Of a DNA stretch of 48,134 nt, positions 1 to 10,626 are shown piece by piece. How positions within the stretch are numbered: position 1 is the first letter of the stretch; every line of letters starts with the position of its first letter. Source of the stretch: Chromera velia (Eukaryota); contig JAHBMJ010000405.1 of the NCBI GenBank assembly GCA_018398765.1, positions 1-48,134 of the forward strand, given 5' to 3'. Both the position numbers and the translations under genes were made by a program. Under the pieces are notes generated by a model, which made no database searches, was not told the origin of the DNA, and saw only the letters and a list, made by a program, of their open reading frames with translations.

Positions 1-32
<32 letters not shown>

Positions 33-42
33 GTCTCTCTCT
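1..42. repeat. (CT)n microsatellite forming the intron 3' pyrimidine tract
   Basis: Directly visible CT repeat ahead of the acceptor at 47-49. Confidence 0.95.
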
Positions 43-49
43 GTGGCAG

Positions 50-1002
50 GTTGAGGGAACTGACGACCCGACAGACCCCCTGCAGGAGAACGGCATCCAG
101 TTCAGAAACGACCCCGGACTTATGGGAAAGATTGAGCTGAACAGAGTGAACATTCTGGGTACCTACGAGAAAGTCGGCCTGGCGTTCAACTTCCGTGGAG
201 ACGAGTTCGGAGGCCCCGGTCTCGTGTTCCTCCAGGGACTCCACACAGAGGATGTGAATGTCGGTCGACTGCTTCGTTGATTCATTTATTTCGCCTTGAG
301 CGAGCGTCAGATTGATTTGTCTGTTTCTTTTTCAAGAAAGAAGGAGAAGAGAGAAAGGGGCGCACTAGCCGCGAGCTTGACAATGTGTCAACGCATGTAG
401 ACTCACTCAAGCTCTTTATACCTCGCACCCACAATGGGTGTGTCCGTGCATGTAAGTGACCTGTGACTGCATGAGAGTGCTTGCAGATATCCATCCTGTC
501 GACCTTCTTCGGCCTCGCGTACAACATCGACTGTGCAGCCTCTGGGGATGTGGACCTCTCCGGCATCGACATCTCGGGCAGCACAGCCTTTGACGGCAGT
601 GTACCTGCGCGGGGCACTGCTACAAAGTGCGTGAACTCCGATCTTCCTCCTGTGAACTGGACCCTGGGCGGGCCTGGCATCCAGATTGTGACCCCCGCTG
701 GAAATGACAACGTGACTTTCCTTGAGGGCGCCGATGATTCCGTCGTAGAGCTGAAGGTCCCTGACGGCACGACCATTGAAGAGGTTTTCGACTTCTGGAA
801 GATCAACACGGAAGTCGACCACAAGGGAAAGATTGTGGGCTTCTCTTCGGCAGGTTCGACCTTCTCTGTGGGAGGAGAGCAGAGCTTCGGGTGCGTCTTC
901 ATGGAAGGCGTGACCGTTCTGCTGTTCACGATGTTTGACCGCACTCCTGTGGGCACTACAAACATCGAGGACTTCCCCACCGTCTCCCCAGTGGTCATCT
1001 AG
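50..1002 (+). CDS. 3' part (last two exons, 50-259 and 487-1002) of a beta-helix-like protein, paralog of the gene at 3946-8821; 5' end lies outside the window
   Basis: Acceptor cag at 47-49. Exon VEGTDDP...GIQFRND...GTYEKVGLAFNF...LHTEDVN, phase-0 GT..AG intron 260-486, then ISILST...NIDCAASGDVDLSGI...VGFSSAGSTF...TNIEDFPT, stop TAG at 1000-1002. Colinear motif matches to the minus-strand paralog. Confidence 0.85.
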
Positions 1003-1708
1003 ATAAAGCAGTCAGAGAGTTGATGAGAATTAATGGACAGCTGCTCGGATGTGCGGACACGTGTGTTCGTTTGCGTCCACGCAAGTGAGCTGCTTGGCTC
1101 TATGGTACCTGTTTTTCACCAAACGCATTCGTGTGTTATGCGCTGGCTCTTTATCATAGTTTGTCCGACGTGCGTCTGGCATTGGGGTCTGTTCGATACA
1201 TCCCTGCACGCGTCGAATGAAGCCTAATTTCTGATTCTATGATCAAGGCAGGCATTCCTGGATCGCTGCCTGCACCTTGAGGATTATGATTCTCTTGCTG
1301 ACTCTCTCATCCCTGACTTACGTGAATTGTGCCGCGTTGAGTATGTGTAACTGAGGGATTATCATTTTCTGACATTTCTCTGACTGACTGTGCTATCCCT
1401 GAGTGACTGTGTCAAGCATGCCGTGAGAAATCGTGGATTGTGTGGCCCGTATGCTGATTCTGCGTTCAAATTGAGTATGTGCAACTGAGGGTGTTGTCAC
1501 GCTCACTGCATTGTTGACCACACGCTTTAATTGTTGGAAGTTTTTGAAAACTCAAGAAGATTGAAGAGGTAAATCATAACCTTGCATTCATGTGTATACC
1601 TCATTGCTAGAATATCGTCGTGCCTGCCGCGACTGATCAATTTTGACGTATACTGACATTCATGCATGGACCTAAATCATTGACTTTTTGACGGTGTTGC
1701 AACTAGTG

Positions 1709-1946
1709 CTAGGCGCCGCACATAGAAAAAAAAAAGTTGGGAAGGCCTAATTTTTTTTTTCTTTTTTTTTATTTTTTTCTTTCAAAAGTTCAAGTGCCTC
1801 TAGAAGGAAAAGAATCAGTTTTGACTCTGAAACTTACTTTTTCACACAAAATGTGAACCTAACTATTGACTTAAAAAAAAAAAAAGAAAAAAAAAAGTTG
1901 AAGACGCCTAATTTTTTTTTCCTTTTTTTTTATATGTGGCGCCTAG
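1709..1946. mobile_element. MITE (238 bp), probably hAT-derived
   Basis: Imperfect TIRs CTAGGCGCCGCACAT / ATGTGGCGCCTAG. Exact 8-bp direct repeat AACTAGTG at 1701-1708 and 1947-1954. A/T-tract interior. A related copy lies at 20627-20872. Confidence 0.8.
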
Positions 1947-3725
1947 AACTAGTGTTGCAACGTATCCTGGCCTGCATGGCAGTACATGCTATATACTATA
2001 GTAATTTTTTAAGTAAAATGAATTTAAACTTCAATTCAGTTATAAATTTATTTGCAAAACATAAACTATTCCTTAGATCATTTTTTTAGTTAATAGTTAT
2101 TTTTTAAAACTTGCATATGAATGAATATGTATAAGTTATTTTTTAATTTTTATGTTAGCAATCTATATTATATACTTAATTACCTAGTTAATTGCCTAGA
2201 TGCATGCCTAGTTTACCGTATGAATAATATATACTTACTTACTTACTTAAGGTGGGGTGAAGCCTAGGGTTTCCAATAACCAGAGACGGATGATAACCCA
2301 TGCATGCAGAAGTCAACAGAGAGGGCCAGCTATATAGCTCTAGTTGAGTCTAGAGTTGAGTCTGCTAGTAAGTATATGGCTTTTATATAAAAACCTTAGT
2401 GATAAATTCATATAGTATTTAATAAAGCCTTCATTGAATTGACTTTATTTTTGAACTTTAGTGATATTACGTCAAGAAAATAAAGCATTTCACACAATTT
2501 TGCATATTTTGTCCCAGTTTATTGTCAAAAATTCAAAAATATAAAGTCATGCATCTTAGCAGCATTTATAGGGTAAAACAGATTAAAACTTGAAATGTCA
2601 ACTTAAGGAACATAAAAATGTAAAGTCATATAGAGTAAAAGTTACACTGTAAAACCTAAAGTACAACAGACTAAAACTCGATTTTTGTTTTTTCGTTTTA
2701 GAATCTAGTTTTGAATGAGGAAGTGTACACACTCCTAGTCTTCCTAGGCAGAATCTAAGTGTTGGTAAACAATCACAAAGTTTACAAACCTATGGATATT
2801 AACCCCAGTAGTAAACTCAAATTGAACGTCAATTCTGGTCAAATTCAATGTTCAACCTCAAATCAAATCAAATCAAACCTGGTTACTAGACCCAGCGCAG
2901 CCATCAAGAACCTTTGAACCTTGAACATCGGATTTAATTTGAATATCCGGATGAAAAGGAAACAAGCAACTTTGCGGTATCATCTTCCAATGTACAAAAA
3001 CACAAAAAGTTGGGCGGTCCCCTGTCATCCCGGCGGAATCGCGATAGCCAATCGCATGAAGCGGTTAGCAAGTATAATGAATGACACCGGTTTCACCCAC
3101 TGTTTTCTGGCTGTTGATGCAGAAACACACGCCGTCAATCTATGCAGAGACGCAGAAAAACATTCGATCCTTACCCAGCCCTTCAGAAAAACATTTGACC
3201 CTTACCCAGCCCTTCAATGGGCGATCAATTTGTGGCCCCCGTGCCGAGCCTGTACGACGATCGATACGCCCCTGTAGACGATCATGACTCAGTGAGTGCA
3301 TCGATCGATCGAGTACCGAATCGACGCACTGGCAGGAACGCCTACATGAACGTTAATTAATTCGTGTAAGGTAGTCAGGACATGTTGAGACCACATCAGC
3401 AGGAGAATCGGACTGCTGGCTTGACGCTCTCCAGTTTGGTCTTGTTTGACGGACGCATGCAGGAAGGCTCCGTGGATTGTCGTCAAAACTCCGACAAACG
3501 CATCGGTTTTGCTGTCATAAACACAGAACGGCCATGAAAAGTCAGACACCTAGTCTATGATTGACTTGGTGAGTCAGCGCTTGATTCCCCTTCACCCAGA
3601 TACTAGTTCTTCTCTCTCGCCTCTCCCGCAAGTTGACTGATCGGGAGGGACAGAAACAAGGACACATGCAATGACACAAATGAAAAGATCCCCCGCCACT
3701 AAGTCTGCGGCTCAAAGCATCGGAC

Positions 3726-3766
<41 letters not shown>

Positions 3767-3945
3767 AAATTGCAGCTTAATTTTGAGTCGTTCATTTCCC
3801 TTTTGAGTCTTCTCAGGCGTTTTTCTTTATTCTTTTCTTCTCTTCGTCTGTTCATTCGTTTTCTTCAAATGGTGATTGTTTCTTGTCTCCCACCTCCCCC
3901 CTTCGGTGTGTTTTCTAATTCTACACTGATTCCATCTTCAGTTGT

Positions 3946-4422
3946 TTAGGGGGTGACGTATCGCATGAGAACAGTGATAGTGGGGAAGATCTCGATGTTG
4001 GTCTCTGCAATCAAAGCCATGTTGACATTGACGTACACGATTTCAGTGATGTTCTCGAGAGCGAGGCATCCGAAGGACTCGACAGAATTCCCAAAGGTCG
4101 CGCCTGCGGAGGAGAAGGAGACCACTTCACCATTCTTGTCAACCTCCACACCCAGTTGCCAAGCAGTCTCTGGGGTAGAATCAAAGACAGGAAGAACCAA
4201 AATTGTGGAACCGTTACCAACGATCTTGTCCATGTTTCCGGGGAAGAAGCCGAAAGGGCCCGTGCCTGTGAGGTAAGTGACGGGCTCCTGGGCTTGGCTG
4301 CAAGAGAACGTTCCGAATCCCGCGTTCATTGCAGAGGCCTCGAATCGGATGCCCGAGAAGTCCACGGGACCCTTCGCGACGCAGTCGACGTTGGTGACGG
4401 GGTTCGTCGTTTGGGCGGAAAG

Positions 4423-4482
<60 letters not shown>

Positions 4483-4517
4483 GTGTGTACATACATACAC
4501 ACCCATACACACACACC

Positions 4518-4562
<45 letters not shown>

Positions 4563-5849
4563 ACACACACACACACACACATAGCAACACCGAAAAGCAA
4601 AAAGGTCAGCTGGTTGAGGACATACAGAGGAGGCAAAAGTAGACATACAACATACAGGGGACTCGGTCCTTGCAGAATAAATTTCAAGCGGGAGATTCAG
4701 TTGAATCTTGGGAAAACTGAATGTCTTCATGGTTTTCTTCCTTGCTCTAGCTACTGCTAAAGAAAAGATATGAGCGACTCGCTCACAGTCTCCGAAGGAA
4801 ATATTGGCAAGCTCATACACGACGGTATATCCGTCTTGCCGTCCACAAATATAGGATTTTAAATGAGCAACTTCGAATTGAATGAGACCGTCAGATCTCC
4901 AAACATAAACCAAGCGTAAAGAAACAAAAAGGGTCAAACCCAACCATCCAGACAGAAAAGAGGCTGGGTTCACAACACAACAGCACAGAAGACAGATTGC
5001 TACTCTGCGACTGCATGACTTACCGTAACGTCTTCAGTGACCAGAGTCGACAGGTCAAGCCCTGCGGGTGGTGGAGAGACGAGGTTGCCCTCCTCGAATT
5101 TGAAGGCAATGCCGGTCTGCTGGTAGAAGCCGCTGACAGAAACGCTCTTGAGGGAGAGAGTGTTGAAGAATCCCAAGTCACTACGGAATTGAATTCCAAT
5201 GGCGGCCTGGGTTCCGGTGTCAGAACTCTCACCCATCACCTGCATGGCATGAGTGGATATATGCATTTACGTGTTTGCAGAGAAACAGCAGAAACGAAAT
5301 AGGAAATTTGAAGTCGACCAGCAGGCGCTGAATGGGCTTCGCAGAGACCTCCATTTGCACCGAAGGAAGGCGCCGTGTGGAATCACCACCACCCCTATCC
5401 TGGTCAAATTCCTCGGGGTTTCCTCTCTGTTTAAATAGACATCCCCAAAGCGAAGGGAAGGAAAGGGAAGGGAAGTTATATTCCACGGTGCCTTGGTCGA
5501 TTTCCTTCCTCCTTGATTTCCTCGGGCGCGTCTGCTTTCAGTTTCTTCCACGTATTTTTGTTTTCACTGCTTCCAGAGGAACCTCGTGCGTACCTGTACC
5601 TGTCGTCTTAGAAGCCTTTAGCAGTGGCCTTGATGATGTTGAAGTGCCTGCCTGCCTGTGCCTCGCTCTGCTCTTATCTTCTTTCCATTTCTCTCCCCTC
5701 GTGGCTGTGTGCAGTGATTCATGGACGGCCTGACTGACTGACTGACTGACTGACTGACTGGCTGGCTGGATGGCTGGCTGGCTGACTGACTGACTGACTG
5801 ACTGACTGTCTGGCTGACTGACTGACTAACTAACTGACTGACTGACTGT

Positions 5850-5890
<41 letters not shown>

Positions 5891-6108
5891 TGACTGACTG
5901 ACTGACTGGCTGAATGGCTGACTGACTGTCTGGCTGACTGACTGACTAACTGACTGACTGACTGACTGACTGTCTGACTGACTGGCGGCTGGCTGGCTGG
6001 CTGGCTGACTGACTGACTGACTGACTGGCTGAATGGCTGACTGGCTGACTGGCTGAATGGCTGACTGGCTGACTGACTGTCTGACTGGCTGGCTGGCTGA
6101 CTGACTGA

Positions 6109-6145
<37 letters not shown>

Positions 6146-8821
6146 TGGCTGACTGACAATGACGTTCTCCATCTCGACTGCTCCAGCGTACTGGAAGAAG
6201 AGAATGTCGCCGGTGAAGCTGTCGGCGTCTCCGTTCTGTTTGAAGGTCGAGTTCTTGATAATCACCCTCTTCAGCAGCTCTGGCTCGTTGTTTCCTCCTA
6301 TCTGCGCAGTTCATATCATACATAGAATAGAATACATGGCGTCATGACGCTGACATCACATGTCGAGTTTAAATTATCGAATGCCGAGACGTACGGGCAT
6401 CGACTTCAAAGAAGCCGATTTCATCTGAACCGTGATAGGAGCAGCTTTGGCAGGGGGACAAACAAGGCAAAAGAAGGCAGAGGAGCGAATGCAGGGGAAT
6501 GCGGATTAGAATCTATATGGAAACAACAGCAAGAAGATGTGCACAATAAACTCGAGCGGACAGGCCGACATACCGCAAGTCCAAAGTTTGCGTTCTGAGT
6601 AACGAAGAGGTTGTTCAGCAAGAGAGTGTCACCCGGAAGTTCCTCCTGCACGTCGATTCCCTGACCGTCCGTCTGTCCATAGTTCTGGATCCTCATATTC
6701 TCGATGATCCAGAAAGCCCCCCCAGAGATGTTCAGACCGGAGGCCCCATTCACGGCATTCATTCCGTCGAGGATTGTGTCAACAGTTTCTGCAGGCAGCT
6801 AGGGAGGTCCAGTCCTGTTCAGTCCAAGCAACGATACATGCACGTACATCAAGATGGAAAAAGAATAGAGCAAAAGGAGGAGAAGAGGGGGTCATCTTCA
6901 AGGAGGGTGGGAAGGGAAAGTGCGCTGCCATGCAGCTTTAAGCATCTGTTTGAGAATCCATTTATCTTTTCTGGATCTCAGTTGGTCCTCCATTGACATA
7001 AAAACAATTTTTTCCCTCCCTCTCTCCCTTGCCTGTCCCAGCTTTTGAGCTGAGTTGACGAGGAGGACAGGACTGGTTGATGAGGGACAACAAAGACGAA
7101 ATTGCAAGTCCCCCCACGTGGAAACATGCATGCTATTCGTGCATTTCCCCCCACACCTCAAGGGATGCTGAGCCCTTTTTCAAACACAAGAAAGCGTGTT
7201 GAGGGACCTGATTCTCGCAAAGATCGGGCTGCGAAGAAGAAAAGCTCGCGCCAGAATGGGGGAGCAGAGAGGCAGTCGGTAGAAAATCTCGACACTCGGC
7301 TCTGAATTTAGACGAAGGAGAGAGTCGCCACATGAGTAAAGTCAACATCCAAGTGGAAAAAATGAAGGAATAATACAGATGGTTCGGGTTTCACTAACCG
7401 TCGTCTCCACTTCCAGCTCCCACGAGCTTCAGGTTCTTCGGAATGTTCAACTGAATGTTTGAGTAGGTTCCTGAATCACACACACACACACATACACACA
7501 CACACTCTTGCCACCCCCCAAAAATCAAACAAGAAAAACGGACCTTCTGTTCCCCTGATCCCCCTTTCTCCCCCGTCTCTTTACAAAACACAAAAATAAG
7601 TCGGAACGAGGGGAAGCAACGGTGGCCCCTCAGCATAGTGATCTGCTCACCCGCTTCAAAGATGATTGTCGAAAAGTCGGCCGCGTTGTCGATTGCTAGC
7701 TGGATCTCCGCCTGTGTTTGTCCGGGGTTGACGATGACCTCTCCGCCGCTCACAAAGAGGCTGTTTGGGTCCGTCACCACCGACTCAGGGATGCGGCACT
7801 GGAACCCGGATGGCATGCTGACGCACGCGAGACCAAATCTGGCATCATCGCACGACTGGGCAGTGCAAAAGTCGACTTCTGCAAATGTCAACGGATGGAA
7901 AAAAGAAAGGAGGGGGAGAGTGGTTCCGTCTCGTGAAGGTGCGGAGATGAGTGCACAGCAGAGAATACGGACTTGGTTGTCTCGACACAAGAACCAAAAA
8001 GCAAAGAGGCGAGAGCGTCATGAAGAGGCAGACACAACGTTTTGAGCAAAGTATTGACACGCACGTGAATACATGTGCACGAGTAACGAAGGTATCCATG
8101 CGGACTGCCAAAGAACTGCAAGCCGACCTGTCTCACACTTTGTTCCAGTGAATCCCTTCGGGCAGTTGCAGAAAAATTTCGGCTTCTTGCCGACGCACGC
8201 CCCTCCGTTTTGGCAGAAGTCCTTCGGGCAGACCCCCTTGTCCGTGGTCTTCACATCCTTCACGGTGTCGAATTTGTCGTAGACAATCTCCTCCTTCTGG
8301 TCAAAGAGCCCTCCGTCTTTGTCTGAATATATGCACAGATGCAAGAGCGAAAGTGCAAACAAACACGCATGGGCTGTTGGACTATCGACAAAAACGCACG
8401 AACAACACTTGACCTTTTCACTGTTGTTCACATCTTTTTGCGTCAACGACCAACCCCCCTCCAGCATTTATCTCTGAGCAGTCCTTGAGCAGGTAGACGG
8501 GCGGTGGGGTGGGCAACAGGCATGCATGAAGCTCAAAGAAACTTCAGACGGGACTGACTGAAGAAGCCTGAAAGATCAAAGTCGAGGGGCTTGCGGTCAC
8601 GATTTCCCCCGAGCTTCAGTCCAGTTCTGTTCTCGCTCCGCAGCTGCACATACAGACATATGCACTTATTTTTTTCCGTCATCAGGCTCTCCCGTGCTCT
8701 CCCTGGCAGGACGCTCATGCGAATTCTACGGCGTCTGCCTTACCTTTCCCAAATCGAAGTTGAACTTGTCGAGAGCCGCGTTGGCACCAGCAGCCAGCAA
8801 GGCAGCAGTGAAGAGCTTCAT
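3946..8821 (-). CDS. Secreted protein of ~569 aa: signal peptide, two EGF-like modules, right-handed parallel beta-helix (pectin-lyase-like fold). Nine exons: 8821-8744, 8643-8559, 8322-8128, 7878-7651, 7470-7399, 6788-6574, 6301-6158, 5239-5024, 4422-3946
   Basis: All introns are GT-AG with consistent phases, totalling 1710 nt. N-terminus [19 protein letters not shown] motif [32 protein letters not shown] and a partial second EGF (FCTAQSC...[10 protein letters not shown]). Beta-helix cap motif [21 protein letters not shown]...[11 protein letters not shown] followed by [17 protein letters not shown] and IKNSTFKQN rungs. Confidence 0.85.
4426..4581. repeat. (CA)n/(TG)n microsatellite abutting the last acceptor of the beta-helix gene
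   Basis: Directly visible; reads ...GTGTGTGCAG on the minus strand. Confidence 0.95.
5731..6157. repeat. Compound tetranucleotide microsatellite (GACT/GGCT)n, intronic
   Basis: About 430 bp of ACTG/GCTG units starting at the minus-strand donor GTCAGT (6157). Confidence 0.95.
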
Positions 8822-9053
8822 GTTGTAGAAGTACACTCGAGAAAAGAGGACGACTCTTGACCGCACCTGATGAATGAATTAAGAGGGGATCCTGAATTTT
8901 AGTACCACCAAACTAAAGGACTCTTGGCCTGCATTATTGTCAGTCATCAGTCAAAGTGGCAGCTATATGTATATATATCGATATGTGGTCTGACTCAATT
9001 AAGTCGGATAGGTGCACAGCCGATTATTCGGATCCGGGCCAGTCGAATTCGCG

Positions 9054-9126
9054 CATGCTGCATGCATGCATGCCTGCAGCAACATGCATGCATCGCGCGA
9101 TCGCGTGTCTCCGCGATGCATGCATG
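9054..9126. promoter_or_regulatory. Cluster of TGCATGCA motifs with a 15-bp perfect inverted repeat, in the bidirectional promoter region between ATGs at 8821(-) and 9359(+)
   Basis: CATGCATGCATCGCG (9083-9097) pairs with CGCGATGCATGCATG (9112-9126); further GCATGC units at 9054-9073. TGCATGCA is a known ApiAP2-bound motif in apicomplexans. Confidence 0.5.
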
Positions 9127-9358
9127 GGCTCAGCGAGCTCTGCTGCAACTGTAGGCATCACGAGAGCTCCACAGTAGCTGTCCGAACGCCTGGCAGCATC
9201 ACGCATTCACAGAAGTTTCAGTTGAGTCAAACAGAGAGCTTGTGAAGGGGGACGATTCACTCCAAGTTGCCGAGAAAGCGTGAGAGAACGAAAGAAAGAG
9301 AACCCTGAGAGAGTGATTGTGACAGTGAGACGCTGGCGTTTGCTCCAAAGCTCGGCTG

Positions 9359-10546
9359 ATGATGACAGCGCGAGTCCCTCGGTGGGGCGTGTTGGAGGTC
9401 CTCCGCCTTCATAAGTTTCTTCTTCTCTTCTGCCTGTGGGTCTCCACCCTGGGTGGCCATGGGAGTCGCCGTGAGAGAGGTGACTCTGTGGGAGGAGGGA
9501 GGAGACGGGAAGTTTTTCTGAGGGTCCTCCTGATGGAGGAGACACAGGGCGACCCTTCCTGTGACAGTTACGTCCTGGTGAGGGAGCGCTGTCAGAAGGG
9601 ATCGTCTGTGTCTGGGGGTGTGAGGTGTTTCCTTGAGGCAGAGTGCGACGGTGGGGCCTCTCAGTCTGAGTCTGAGGGTGCGGTGATCGAGAGGGAGTCG
9701 TGGGCGGGAGTGGAGACGGCGAGAGGAGCAGAGGCTGTCAGGATGGAGTTGGAAGCGGTGGCTTCAGAAGAGAGAATCGCTCTTTCAGGTCAGCTGAGAT
9801 GGGTGGGGGTGTGAGGAGCGCTTTTGTCATGTTCCACTTTGATGCCGCTGCTCTCATTGAGTGGCCGGGGGGATGCGGAGGGGGGGGGTGTTGTCCTTCG
9901 GTTCCTGTGGTGATTTGGAATTGTGTGCTGTTGTGTGATGTTCATGCCCACTCCTTTTTGTGTTGTTCTCTTGACATTTTTGTGCGCAGAAGCCACAAAG
10001 CGCAGGGGCAGGGAAAGCGGACGGAGCGGATCGCTTCAAATTGGTGGCAACGGGGAGATGAGTGATGGACGTGGATGGAAGATGAAGGTGACTTCCGGCG
10101 GTAGAAGAAAAGAGAGAGGAGGGGGACGGGGGAAGGCAGGTGCGGTTGAGGAGAAGAACAGAAATGATTCTTGGATTCGAGAGGCCTGGAGACGGAGACG
10201 GAGACTGGAGAAGGGGNNNNNNNNNNNNNNNNNNNNNNNNNNNNNNNNNNNNNNNNNNNNNNGGGGGGGGGGAGAGGCAAAGGAGGACGGGCATGGAGAC
10301 GGGAGAAGCGTGGGTCAGAGAGAGGGGGAAAGTGACGAGTGTGAAGGCTGGGGGGAAAGGCTCAGAAGGAAAAGCTGACCTGGTTGCCACAGTCAGGGCA
10401 GACGGTTGGTCTCTCCGGTTGTCTTTGTTTACCCTTTTTCAAGCCACATGCGTTCCTGCACGTATGCTGCTTCACTGGGTTTCTGCATGAGTAATCTGGC
10501 ACTAACCTCTCTCTCTCTTTCTCTGTCTCTCTCTTTCTCTGTCTCT

Positions 10547-10626
<80 letters not shown>

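Noticed and set aside
282..998. 238-aa minus-strand ORF
   Set aside because: Antisense shadow of the plus-strand exon 487-1002, which has paralog support.
1338..1491. Two copies of TTGAGTATGTG(T/C)AACTGAGGG
   Set aside because: A short degenerate duplication with only two units; no function can be supported.
2921..3549. Short ORFs and a 16-bp direct repeat (CTTACCCAGCCCTTCA at ~3170 and ~3200)
   Set aside because: No recognisable domain or element boundaries.
5618..6157. SQSV/SQPA-repeat protein ORFs
   Set aside because: Translation of an intronic tetranucleotide microsatellite; the real exon ends at the donor at 6157.
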